IMG/VR virus record: IMGVR_UViG_3300042301_003932
Source of the DNA: a virus
Length of the DNA: 64,000 nucleotides
Reading direction: 5' to 3' (one strand)
Positions 26,717-36,208 of the stretch are shown piece after piece. The translations under genes were made by a program, and so were the position numbers. The notes under the pieces were generated by a model. It made no database searches. It was given only the letters and a program-made list of their open reading frames with translations, and had not been told where the DNA came from. The number at the start of each line of letters is the position of its first letter. Within the stretch, counting starts at the first letter, position 1.

Positions 26717-27872
26717 TCCTGTTTGAGTAGGATAAACGTTTAGGTTCTTCTTGAACATTTGATTCTTGTTCTATTTGTGGTTCTACCACTTCATCAGTTT
26801 CTATTTTTTGTAAATCAATCAAATCTTCTTTTCCAAAATACTCTTCTATAGGTGATCCTCCTTTTTCAACATAAACAGGGACCTCAACTATCTTTTCAAT
26901 AATTACCGGATCTACTTGGTCGGTACTTGGTCGGTAGTTAGTCGGTACTTGGTCACTTACTTGGTCACTTACTTGGTTACTATCATGTACGGTATCATGT
27001 ATGGTATCATGTATGGTAACTTGAGGGGTAATTACGGGGTACTTGTGGGGCACTTGTGGGGTGTCATTGTCTTTTCTTTTTCCTTTAAACGCTTGGTTTG
27101 TTGCAATTACAAGTGTGATTGCTAATGGATCAAAAACAAATATTAAAATCAGTATAAATAAATTTGCGGTTCTTTTTATATCCCAACCTAAAACCTCACT
27201 CAAATATTTAATGGCTCCCAATTCACCAGCACCGATTTCTTTAGACTCCATATTCAAAATATCAACATCCAATTTTGTAATACTATCGTTAAACACATCA
27301 ATTTTCTTTGCTATTGTGTCCCTTCTTGTTTGAGCATCTTTTAGTTGTCCTTCAAACGATTTTCTATTGTTATTATTTTCCTTTGTGATTAATTGTCCTG
27401 TCTTACGATCTACAGATTGTGTTGTGGTGTTATTAGAAAGACCATCTCTTAATTTTGTTATATCACCATCAAGTGTTGTTTTTTCTTTTGTTAATTCAAT
27501 TTTTATTTCTTCAAATCTTTTTTTCTTAACTTCAACATTTTTAACTTGTTTTTCACCGATTTCTAATTTTGATATGTTACCTTGAAATCCAGTACTTAAT
27601 AGTCCATATATTCCTAATGATGTTATTAAAGATAATGTGATGAGAGCGATTGTTAAATAAATTTTTAACACTCCATAGGTCTCTTTCCACTTGTCGTGTA
27701 GATATGTTGCAATTGCAATCTTAGACACCTCTAAAAACGACCCCATAATAATTACAGGTAATGCTACCCCAACAAAAACCACAGATAAACCAACAACACT
27801 ATAATACGCAGCAGTTCCCGATAGGCCAAGAGCACAAAATAATAAAAACCAAGGTAAAAATTTTTCCTTCAT
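26685..27872 (-). CDS. Multi-TM membrane protein with long coiled coil and low-complexity tail
   Basis: Three N-terminal TMs, coiled coil, FVFDPLAI TM. Confidence 0.8.
   Translation of the reverse strand: MKEKFLPWFLLFCALGLSGTAAYYSVVGLSVVFVGVALPVIIMGSFLEVSKIAIATYLHDKWKETYGVLKIYLTIALITLSLITSLGIYGLLSTGFQGNISKLEIGEKQVKNVEVKKKRFEEIKIELTKEKTTLDGDITKLRDGLSNNTTTQSVDRKTGQLITKENNNNRKSFEGQLKDAQTRRDTIAKKIDVFNDSITKLDVDILNMESKEIGAGELGAIKYLSEVLGWDIKRTANLFILILIFVFDPLAITLVIATNQAFKGKRKDNDTPQVPHKYPVITPQVTIHDTIHDTVHDSNQVSDQVSDQVPTNYRPSTDQVDPVIIEKIVEVPVYVEKGGSPIEEYFGKEDLIDLQKIETDEVVEPQIEQESNVQEEPKRLSYSNRNGKSLRFNRF
26914..27062. repeat. In-frame short tandem repeats encoding PQV, IHDT and SDQV units
   Basis: TACTTGGTC and GGTATCATGTA units visible. 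Confidence 0.7.
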
Positions 27873-27912
27873 AATAATAAACTATAATTAATAAATACTT
27901 ATAATAAAGGTT

Positions 27913-28341
27913 ATGAAAAGATCATTATTAAGAGAGACAATATTAAAACACTTATTATTAGAAGAAGTGATTTCAGATGTGATCACAAATATTGATATTG
28001 AATTTAGAATTTCAAAGCACGATACCGGTGTTCATTTAAATAAAAGACAATCAAGACACGATGATTACATATATCTTGAAAATATTGAAAGACTGGTTAC
28101 AAGTGCTTTAGATGAAATCGCAACACAAATTGTTTCACACAATATAAGAAATAAAAAACGATTTGCGATTAGTAGGGAAGGTGGTGATTTTCTTAATGTG
28201 ATAATAGAACCGACTTTACGCGGGTTAAACTCTTGGAACTTAGCGGTTGTTACTGTAATGAAAAAAGAAGATTTTGGTTTACTGCCAGGTCAAATGAGAA
28301 TTGTCGTACCAAGCACAGAAGAAGACGAAGATTATTATTAA
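27913..28341 (+). CDS. Hypothetical protein (isolated plus-strand gene)
   Basis: 142 aa; TACTTAT late-like motif upstream. Confidence 0.75.
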   Translation: MKRSLLRETILKHLLLEEVISDVITNIDIEFRISKHDTGVHLNKRQSRHDDYIYLENIERLVTSALDEIATQIVSHNIRNKKRFAISREGGDFLNVIIEPTLRGLNSWNLAVVTVMKKEDFGLLPGQMRIVVPSTEEDEDYY

Positions 28342-28347
28342 AAAAAA

Positions 28348-28371
28348 AACCACACCGCCGTGAGTGTGGTT
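28348..28371 (-). terminator. Intrinsic terminator
   Basis: AACCACAC...GTGTGGTT hairpin followed by long T-run on minus strand. Confidence 0.65.
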
Positions 28372-28452
28372 GCCTATAAGTATGAAGACAAATAGGTCTT
28401 TTTGAATACATTACAAAGATATACTCTTTTTTTTAATCTGCCAAATTTTTTA

Positions 28453-29268
28453 TCATAAATATTCAAATAAATCTGAACATTCGTTTCTTAACTTACGAAG
28501 AGCCTTTTCTTTAATTTGTCTAACCCTTTCTTTTGTTAGTCCAAAATCGGTTCCAATGTCTTCTAAAGTTCTTGGTGTTCCGGTTATTCCATAATAGTCT
28601 TCAACAATTAACTTTTCTCTGTTATCTAACACACTCATTATTTTTATCATTTTTTCTTTCAAGATGTCTTTTGTTGAGAATATTTCATCAGGCGATTCAA
28701 CATTATTGTTTTTAATGATGTCTATTAAAGTGTCTCCGTCTTCATTAATATGCATATCAAGATCAACCATTCTTGGGAGGGAAGCAAACTTGTCGGAAAG
28801 TTCTTTATTAGTCTTTTCGTTTTCTTTTTTTTCTTTTTGCATATCCTGAACAACATTAACCGGAAGCCTTATTGTTCTTGAATTTTCATTAAGAGATTGT
28901 AAAATTGATTGCTTAATCCACCATACAGCATATGATATAAAACGGTTGTTTTTAGTCCAATCAAAGTTTTTAATTGCCTTCATAAGCCCAAAGTTTCCTT
29001 CAGCTATCAGGTCAGACAAGTCAATACCTTGATTTTGGTATTGTTTTGCTACAGTAATTACAAAACGTAAATTACCTTCCAACATTTCTTTCTGAATCTG
29101 TTCTCTTTCTCTTTCCGTACAATCATTTGATGCTATACGTTGTGATAAGAATTTTTCTCTTTCAGGTGTCATAACCTTCAGTTTTCTAATGTCTTTTAAA
29201 TAAATTTGAATCTCATCCTGATTCAAAGGGTTTGACGACTTAATGTCCTCCATCTTTTCTCTTTCCAT
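28453..29268 (-). CDS. RNA polymerase sigma-70 factor (Bacteroidota RpoD-like, no region 1.1)
   Basis: YLKDI, NLRFVITVAKQY, DLIAEGNFGL, FISYAVWWI, TLEDIG...TKERVRQIKEKAL. Confidence 0.95.
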   Translation of the reverse strand: MEREKMEDIKSSNPLNQDEIQIYLKDIRKLKVMTPEREKFLSQRIASNDCTEREREQIQKEMLEGNLRFVITVAKQYQNQGIDLSDLIAEGNFGLMKAIKNFDWTKNNRFISYAVWWIKQSILQSLNENSRTIRLPVNVVQDMQKEKKENEKTNKELSDKFASLPRMVDLDMHINEDGDTLIDIIKNNNVESPDEIFSTKDILKEKMIKIMSVLDNREKLIVEDYYGITGTPRTLEDIGTDFGLTKERVRQIKEKALRKLRNECSDLFEYL

Positions 29269-29821
29269 AATTGTCTAAAATCTCTTTTTCTTTCTCTGTT
29301 AATGATTCAATTCCGTTCTCTGATATTTTGTCTAATATTTCATCTACCGTTGGTGAATAATCAGGTTCGTTTTTTTGAGCCATTTGATTAAAGTCCGTTG
29401 GCATTAAAAATTCAAACGTAAAATTTCTTAATTCTTCTTTTCTTTCTTTTAATTTACTTTCTACATTTATTTCTCCTGTTTTTGTTTCTTTCTTTTTTTC
29501 TTCTCCGTCAATATTCAAAAAATCTTTCTTTAGTTTTCTTGGCATTTTTATATCCACGTTCTTAGTTACTTCCATTAAAAAGTATTGTTCGGTGATTTCT
29601 GACATACCCATATCAATATACTCTTTGAGGTCAGAAAAAACTTCTTTACTTCTAAAATGAAAAACAACACCGTACTCACCATAAGTAAACTTTAAAAATG
29701 GTGAAGATACGACTGTTAATAACTGAGACGACAAATTTGTTGCCAAGTTTTCTTGTTCATCAAAATCTCCAAAAATAAATAACATATAAGAGGGATCTTG
29801 TTTTGGTTGTCTTTTTCTCAT
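29240..29821 (-). CDS. Hypothetical protein with C-terminal DUF6576-like motif
   Basis: VDEILDKISENGIESLTEKEKEIL; start revised to MRKRQ behind a TAACTTTG motif. Confidence 0.7.
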   Translation of the reverse strand: MRKRQPKQDPSYMLFIFGDFDEQENLATNLSSQLLTVVSSPFLKFTYGEYGVVFHFRSKEVFSDLKEYIDMGMSEITEQYFLMEVTKNVDIKMPRKLKKDFLNIDGEEKKKETKTGEINVESKLKERKEELRNFTFEFLMPTDFNQMAQKNEPDYSPTVDEILDKISENGIESLTEKEKEILDNYGKRKDGGH

Positions 29822-29882
29822 TAATTTACTTTTTATATATAGTACAAAGTTATATATTTTTTTTGATATTCCTAGCATGTTA

Positions 29883-30416
29883 TTATAAATATTCTTTATT
29901 TGATTTGTACCAATCTTCTCTAATTTTAGAGACAGACACTTTTTGGTTTGTTTCGTTACAAACTAATTCTGTAATACCAACTGATTCTAATTTTTTATCC
30001 CAATTTATACATGATTCAATATCATCATAACTAAAACTCCACTGGTGTTTAAAAACTTTACTATTATTTAAACTTTTTTCTATTGGTAATAATACATTCA
30101 AAGCCTTTAATGTTTTTTTAAAGTCTTCAACATTATTCCACTTATTGTGTAACCCCCTTTTATACATATATAAAACAATATTACTAATTCCTATTAAATG
30201 ATCTTCAGTTTCTTGATTCATATTTTCAATATAATAAGGTAGTCTTGTTTTGACTACCTTAACATTATTATCAAATATGATGGGATTTCTTAACATTGTT
30301 GCACAAGTCTCTAATATTTGATTATTACCTTCAAAATCATTAGAAAGTAAATCCATCACAGACATTAATCGTTTGACACACTGATACCTATTTTCCCACT
30401 CTTCTTTTGTTCTCAT
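29883..30416 (-). CDS. Hypothetical protein
   Basis: 177-aa ORF. Confidence 0.7.
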   Translation of the reverse strand: MRTKEEWENRYQCVKRLMSVMDLLSNDFEGNNQILETCATMLRNPIIFDNNVKVVKTRLPYYIENMNQETEDHLIGISNIVLYMYKRGLHNKWNNVEDFKKTLKALNVLLPIEKSLNNSKVFKHQWSFSYDDIESCINWDKKLESVGITELVCNETNQKVSVSKIREDWYKSNKEYL

Positions 30417-30425
30417 TATACAAAT

Positions 30426-32759
30426 TTATTGAAAAACTTTTGAAATATTATCTTCTTTTGAAATTTTTATTGTGTTGTCACTCCAGGCATTAACTATCGG
30501 GTTATGACTTATTAGTAAAATAGTTGGGAAGAAATCTTTAATCCCCATGAAGAAATTATGGACCATTTCTAAGTTTTCATTTGAGATTTTACCAAATACC
30601 TCATCAAAAACAATTAAGTTTGGTTTTGGTAAACTACATATCTTACTTAACACCGAACGTAAAGCAAGTGAGGCAATTGTTCTTTCATATCCACTTCCTG
30701 AAGACATTAGCTTTTCAACACCAGTACCATTATCAATCATACTAAATTCAACCTCATTTTTATCATTAATTTGAATCTGAAGTTTGAAGTAAGCACTTTC
30801 TTCCATCAATCTTTGTAGTTCTGAGTTAATTAACGGTATCATTGTTTTCATTATGATTTTAGAAATACCATTTTTACCGTAAGCTTCCAAATATATCTTA
30901 TATATCCTTTCTTTTTCTTCCTCTTCAGTAATTTTAATGATGTTATTCAAGTTTGTTTTGATTTTCTCTTCTAACGTTTTAATTGAATACTCATCACCAT
31001 TAATTTGGTTTTGTTTTTGTGTTTTTTGTCTTTCTAAATCTTCAATTCTTAAGTTAGCTTTAATTAGCATACCATCAATATGTTCATTTTCTTTTATCTT
31101 ATCAAGCATCTTATCATATTGAGTAAGTTTTGTTTGAAGTCCTTGTATTTTTAACTGATAGTTTTCAATTGTTGCATCGTATTTTTCTTTAATAAGTTTG
31201 TTTTTTTCATATTCATCAAAATCCTTTTTCAACCTCACAAACGTTTGTTCTATGCCTGATAAAACCTGCATTGTGGTCCAAACATTGTCTTTTTGCATGA
31301 TATAACCATCAAGTTCAAATATTTTTTGTTGTGTAATACTAGCACTCATTAAATCTATTCCACAATGTTCACATTTGATTCCACCCTGAACAGAACTCTT
31401 TAGTTTTTCAACTTCTTCTATTTTTGTTTCAATCTGAATTAACTCTTTATTAAGTCTTGAATATTCTTCTTTAGTTTTATCGTGTTCCTCCTCTTTGTAA
31501 TATTCTTTTGGTTCAACAACCTTAAGTTCGTTAAGTTTTAGTTTTGTTTGTTCAATCTGATATTCATGTCCTTCAATTTCTTGTTTAACTTGACTTGGGT
31601 TCAATCTACTTAATTCAACATCAATATCTGTATGTTTTTTAGACATCATGTCATCGCGATAATCCCTACCTTTTGTTAGATTTGCATCAATATTTATCAA
31701 TTCAAGTCTATATGATTCAATATTAGACTTCAGTTCAGTTATTTTTATCTCACTATTTTCATTATCAGTTTTTAACTGTTCAGTGTTATAGATATTAGAC
31801 AACATTGATTTAGAAAAGTCTGAGTAAATTGATTTTGCAACATCTTCTTTTCTTCTTAAAAAATCAAGTCCCATAAATCTTGAAAGTACCTGACCTCTTG
31901 CGGTTGGCTTTGAATCAATTAGTTCTTCAAGATTTGTTGCGGTTGTAAGTATTGTCATTAAGAAATCTTCTTTTGTTCCAATAGACTCTTTGATAAACTT
32001 TTCGGTTTCTCTTCTTTGTTCCCCTGTAAAGTTTTGAAGTGTTCCGTCAGATAGTTTTTTAAAAAAGTCTAGTTCGGTTTTAACATTCCATTCACCTTTT
32101 TTAGACATTTTTCTTTCAACATTTCTAACAATAATATACTCATCACCATCAATAACAATTTCACCTTTTACTGTTACTTTATCTTTATCAGTAAATCTAT
32201 TGAATATCTCTTCGGATTTTGTTGTTTTTGTTGTTTCATTAAAGAATAAAAACAATAATAGATCAACAGACAAGACAGTTTTTCCTCCGAAGTTTGGTGG
32301 GTTTGATTCAATAACTGTTAGTCCTCCTGTTTTTTCAAAATCTACTTTTTGATTTTCACCGTATGACAGGAAGTTAGAAAACTCAATATTTTTAATAAAC
32401 CATTTTTTAAAAACCGCAGTATCCGTTTCAGTTTCTTGCATTTTATTTTCAACCATCTTATTATGGTTTAAAATATCATCCAAATGTTTGTCGTAGTTTT
32501 TACTTGTTAGAAACTGTCTAAGTAACTCAACTTGGTAGTTTGTGTCCATGATATTCACAGACACATCTACTGTTTGCTCACCCTCTTCTTTTTCTACTTT
32601 CGCCTTTGTTATTACATTGACGTTTGTTGTGTTATACTTTTTTTGAAAGTAATGTTTAACACTTTTGATTTTGTCTTGGGTGAAATTTTCATTATAATCT
32701 TCCCATACCACTTGAATAGTAGGGTTATCAAATTTTGAAAATTCTATATCTTTTGTCAT
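30426..32759 (-). CDS. SbcC/Rad50/gp46-like recombination ATPase
   Basis: NFLSYG, Walker A NFGGKT, coiled coils, CEHC hook, SGSGYE signature, IVFDE Walker B, ISH. Confidence 0.92.
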   Translation of the reverse strand: MTKDIEFSKFDNPTIQVVWEDYNENFTQDKIKSVKHYFQKKYNTTNVNVITKAKVEKEEGEQTVDVSVNIMDTNYQVELLRQFLTSKNYDKHLDDILNHNKMVENKMQETETDTAVFKKWFIKNIEFSNFLSYGENQKVDFEKTGGLTVIESNPPNFGGKTVLSVDLLLFLFFNETTKTTKSEEIFNRFTDKDKVTVKGEIVIDGDEYIIVRNVERKMSKKGEWNVKTELDFFKKLSDGTLQNFTGEQRRETEKFIKESIGTKEDFLMTILTTATNLEELIDSKPTARGQVLSRFMGLDFLRRKEDVAKSIYSDFSKSMLSNIYNTEQLKTDNENSEIKITELKSNIESYRLELINIDANLTKGRDYRDDMMSKKHTDIDVELSRLNPSQVKQEIEGHEYQIEQTKLKLNELKVVEPKEYYKEEEHDKTKEEYSRLNKELIQIETKIEEVEKLKSSVQGGIKCEHCGIDLMSASITQQKIFELDGYIMQKDNVWTTMQVLSGIEQTFVRLKKDFDEYEKNKLIKEKYDATIENYQLKIQGLQTKLTQYDKMLDKIKENEHIDGMLIKANLRIEDLERQKTQKQNQINGDEYSIKTLEEKIKTNLNNIIKITEEEEKERIYKIYLEAYGKNGISKIIMKTMIPLINSELQRLMEESAYFKLQIQINDKNEVEFSMIDNGTGVEKLMSSGSGYERTIASLALRSVLSKICSLPKPNLIVFDEVFGKISNENLEMVHNFFMGIKDFFPTILLISHNPIVNAWSDNTIKISKEDNISKVFQ

Positions 32760-32769
32760 GATATTATAA

Positions 32770-33021
32770 TTAAACGGTCTGATCTCCTGAAATAGGTTCT
32801 GTTGATTCGGATTCTTCTTGTATTGTTTCTTTCTCATCTTCTAATAATCCAGTTAATCCCGACATAGTGTCTCCTGACATTGATGCAAATTTCTCTTTCA
32901 TTGCATTCATTTGTTCTTCAAAAGCCTCTTGCCAAACTTTTTGCATTCTTTTTTCTTGTACTTTCATGTTAGCGTTTCTTTTTGCTACTTTTGCTCTGTG
33001 TGCTTTTGCTGCTTTTCCCAT
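32770..33021 (-). CDS. Hypothetical protein
   Basis: Basic N-terminus, 83 aa. Confidence 0.7.
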   Translation of the reverse strand: MGKAAKAHRAKVAKRNANMKVQEKRMQKVWQEAFEEQMNAMKEKFASMSGDTMSGLTGLLEDEKETIQEESESTEPISGDQTV

Positions 33022-33070
33022 TATTAGTTATTATTAGTTATTATTAGTTATTATTACTTGTTATTACTTG
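33021..33070. repeat. 10-bp tandem repeat (TTATTAGTTA x3, TTATTACTTG x2)
   Basis: Directly visible. Confidence 0.85.
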
Positions 33071-33404
33071 GTCTATTTTCTTCAAACCATTCTATTATTG
33101 AATTAATTGCCCATACCAATCCGGCAGATAACATCCCGTCAAAGAATACGGATAAAATTTTATTAAGTCCAATCAAATCCGCGTTTGGTGAAAAATACGC
33201 TAATGATAAAAAGAAACCAACCCATGTTGATGTGCATAAAACACAGGAAATAAGACCAGATAGGAATTTACCTAAAAAGTTAAATGGAGATAATGGGTTA
33301 TTACCCCAATTGTGTATGGATTGTCTTAATCCACCGAATATTGATCCATAGACCAATATGTTTGTCATTCCGTAGGCAACCATTGCCCAAATTACTAAAT
33401 TCAT
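33054..33404 (-). CDS. Membrane protein with CxxC (DUF1360-like)
   Basis: LISCVLCTSTWVGF; three hydrophobic segments. Confidence 0.7.
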   Translation of the reverse strand: MNLVIWAMVAYGMTNILVYGSIFGGLRQSIHNWGNNPLSPFNFLGKFLSGLISCVLCTSTWVGFFLSLAYFSPNADLIGLNKILSVFFDGMLSAGLVWAINSIIEWFEENRPSNNK

Positions 33405-33405
33405 A

Positions 33406-34020
33406 TTATTTGTATAAGTCATCGTTTAGGTTAGATCCACCATGAAACTTGGCAGGAACATCTACAAGTTGTTTTGGTTTTTCTAACAATTTTTTTTCTA
33501 ATTCTTCAATTTTCTTTTTTAATTCCCTTATTTCTGTGTTAAGGTTTTGTATTGTCTGTTGTAACATTTTTGTTTTATTATCATCTACAGGAATGTCTAA
33601 ATTACGTCTAAGTTCATCTAAAGTTTGACTAAGTTTATCTATTTCTTCGTCCTTTTTAGTTATTGTTTCATTTAAATCATTTTCAATCTTTTTGTCACTA
33701 ATGTATTCTATTTTTGTGACAATCTTTTCAACAGGGACCTCTTTAATAACTTCAACAATCTTTTCAACTTCCTTAATTACCTCAACAGGTACTTCTACCC
33801 GTATTTCACGGATTACCTCAATTTCTACCTGTTTTTCACCAACAATACCCGTTTTTAAGTATTTTTCATCTTCATTAAGTGTTTTTCCCAAAAGTCCGTA
33901 CTTCTCAATATTAAATCCTGACTGAAAACATTTTTTAATAAACCCATCTACATCTTCAATATTATTAAGTTTACAATATTCAGAAACTGCCTGTGTTATC
34001 TTTTTATCCTTCAATTCCAT
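33406..34020 (-). CDS. Protein with EVPVEVIKEV repeats and coiled coil
   Basis: Repeat pattern in translation. Confidence 0.75.
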   Translation of the reverse strand: MELKDKKITQAVSEYCKLNNIEDVDGFIKKCFQSGFNIEKYGLLGKTLNEDEKYLKTGIVGEKQVEIEVIREIRVEVPVEVIKEVEKIVEVIKEVPVEKIVTKIEYISDKKIENDLNETITKKDEEIDKLSQTLDELRRNLDIPVDDNKTKMLQQTIQNLNTEIRELKKKIEELEKKLLEKPKQLVDVPAKFHGGSNLNDDLYK

Positions 34021-34831
34021 TATAGTTATAAATCATAATTTCTTGACTATTTTTTGAGTTTTTCTTTCTAGCAACTTTTTCGTAGTCAAATTCTAAAATT
34101 TTATGGTTAAAACCATCTTCTAATAATTTATATATAATATCAGATTTTTCTCCATTTTTATGTTCACCAAGTACACCACTTAACGCAAATGAATGTCCCA
34201 ACCTATCAATTTCAAGTATGTAATCATACAACTGACTTTCTTTTGTTTTGGACCAATAAGAATTATAACCCGCTTCTGTGTTTGTGTATGGTGGATCAAT
34301 ATAAATCATGCTTGGATTTTGTGGTTTAATTTCTGTAAAATCTTTTGACGTGAAAAATAACTTTTCTTTGTACTCTGAAATGTGTTTTACAAAATCATTA
34401 ACTTTTTTTTCTGTTGAGTCGTTCCATGATCTTTTTCCAAAGGTTTGATTAAACTCAAATTTTTTGTTAAATCTCATCATGTTATTAGTACAAGACAACA
34501 TCAGTGCCCATAATTTTTCAGGACTCTTTTCGTTATTAAAACTTTTTCTTAATTCTAAAAACCCATCAACATCATTTTTATCTACAACTATTGATTTGGT
34601 TTTTTGTATTATTGTTTCAGAGTCATTTACTAAACCTTTTTGGATTTCCACTAATTCACCAATAATATCATTAACTAATATCTTTTCATAGTCTTTTACA
34701 ATGTTAGTATAAACAGACCCTCCACCACAAAACAAATCAACAAAATATTTTTTACTATAATCAAAATTTGGTATTAGTTGTTCTAATAACATAAATTTTG
34801 ATCCAGTATAGTTAAATGGTGTATTAATCAT
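34004..34831 (-). CDS. dam: DNA adenine methyltransferase (T4 Dam-like)
   Basis: NYTGSK, DLFCGGGSV, YIDPPY. Confidence 0.9.
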   Translation of the reverse strand: MINTPFNYTGSKFMLLEQLIPNFDYSKKYFVDLFCGGGSVYTNIVKDYEKILVNDIIGELVEIQKGLVNDSETIIQKTKSIVVDKNDVDGFLELRKSFNNEKSPEKLWALMLSCTNNMMRFNKKFEFNQTFGKRSWNDSTEKKVNDFVKHISEYKEKLFFTSKDFTEIKPQNPSMIYIDPPYTNTEAGYNSYWSKTKESQLYDYILEIDRLGHSFALSGVLGEHKNGEKSDIIYKLLEDGFNHKILEFDYEKVARKKNSKNSQEIMIYNYNGIEG

Positions 34832-34832
34832 T

Positions 34833-35612
34833 TTACAAATTTACGAGTTTTTCTACACCATTTTCAATATCTTCAAAAGATTTTATTGAGAACTTTAAAA
34901 ACGGTTTTGGGTTTTCAAGGTCCGTATAGATATATTCTTTAGTTCCGAAATCGTAAGTTCCGAAACCGTGATTTCGGATACTCTCTCCGATGTTCTGTTG
35001 AATTGGTGATCCAATCATATAACCTTTACCTGTTTTAAAACTAAATTCCTGTCTTTTGTGAATATCTCCACATAATACAATATCTAATCCATCAAACTTT
35101 TCAGTGTCGTATGCATGGTCTCCAAAGTCATAACCTAAGTCAGTTGTCATTCCTTGTATTGGTCCGTGAAATAAACCAACTTTAATACCTTTTGCTTCTG
35201 AAATGTCAGGTGGAATATTTCCTTGATACTGTGAGTAAACACACCAACTAATATTATCATCTTCATAAACGCCTCTGTCTTTGTAATAAACAATGTTTTT
35301 GTTATTTAATGAGTCGATAATCGGAGATAATGCGTCTAACCTATCAATATTATTCACTAAAAAGTCGTGATTACCAGGAATGATTATTGTCTTTGCAATA
35401 TATGAACATTCTTTTAAAATCCAACTAACCATTTCAATAAGCTCAGGTGTCATTTGGTTTTTAGAATGTACAAGGTCTCCTGTAAAAACAATTCTATCAG
35501 GTTTAATTTCTTTCCATTGATTGATTGCGTCTTCAAGTATTGACCGGTAAAGGTCGTGGTCTTTAAATAATCTGATGTGTAAGTCAGAAAAGTGTACAAG
35601 TTTTTTTATCAT
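34833..35612 (-). CDS. Mre11/SbcD/gp47-like metallophosphoesterase nuclease
   Basis: SDLH, GDLVH, GNHD, FHG, GDIH motifs. Confidence 0.9.
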   Translation of the reverse strand: MIKKLVHFSDLHIRLFKDHDLYRSILEDAINQWKEIKPDRIVFTGDLVHSKNQMTPELIEMVSWILKECSYIAKTIIIPGNHDFLVNNIDRLDALSPIIDSLNNKNIVYYKDRGVYEDDNISWCVYSQYQGNIPPDISEAKGIKVGLFHGPIQGMTTDLGYDFGDHAYDTEKFDGLDIVLCGDIHKRQEFSFKTGKGYMIGSPIQQNIGESIRNHGFGTYDFGTKEYIYTDLENPKPFLKFSIKSFEDIENGVEKLVNL

Positions 35613-35854
35613 TACATTACAATTTTTGGTGGTCTCCCTAAATCATCATATCCATCGTCTTTGAATGGGTTTGGGGGTATTGGTACTGGTTCAAATCTAG
35701 GTACGTTAATTTTAGGGTTCGGGAAAAAAGGGTCAACATCTTTAACTTCGTGCATTTTTTCTTGAATGGTTTCAATATCAATCTGTTGAATAGCTGTCCA
35801 ACGTCTATTGGTCATAAATCCATCTAACCATATATAAAATTCTTTGTGTGTCAT
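35612..35854 (-). CDS. Hypothetical protein
   Basis: EFYIWLDGF pattern; translational coupling. Confidence 0.7.
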   Translation of the reverse strand: MTHKEFYIWLDGFMTNRRWTAIQQIDIETIQEKMHEVKDVDPFFPNPKINVPRFEPVPIPPNPFKDDGYDDLGRPPKIVM

Positions 35855-35856
35855 AT

Positions 35857-36057
35857 TTAATCCTCCTCAATACTAAAATCATATTCATCTTCGTCTTGGA
35901 TTTTATCCCACTCTAATTCTTGGTCACCCCTAAAGTCCACTTCTTCGTAAAACTTCTCTTCATCTTCTTCAAAAAGTTTTGCTTCTTCATCTGTTAACTC
36001 TGTAGAATACTTACAGATTGTTGTGTAAGATTCATACCATACTAATTTTTTTCCCAT
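35857..36057 (-). CDS. Small acidic hypothetical protein
   Basis: ORF in operon. Confidence 0.7.
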   Translation of the reverse strand: MGKKLVWYESYTTICKYSTELTDEEAKLFEEDEEKFYEEVDFRGDQELEWDKIQDEDEYDFSIEED

Positions 36058-36061
36058 AATT

Positions 36062-36208
36062 TTATATTAATTCACGATTATAAAGATTTGCTAAAATAAT
36101 TCTAGCAAACTTAAATTCTTTAGATCTGTTCAATTTTAATCCATAAGCATTAGCAATCACTTTAAGGTGAGGATACGCTTCACTTATGGTCATCTTACCT
36201 ATTTCCAT
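36062..36208 (-). CDS. Small hypothetical protein (48 aa, MEIGKMTISEAYPHLK...NRELI)
   Basis: Manually translated; TAATG coupling with upstream gene. Confidence 0.6.
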   Translation of the reverse strand: MEIGKMTISEAYPHLKVIANAYGLKLNRSKEFKFARIILANLYNRELI

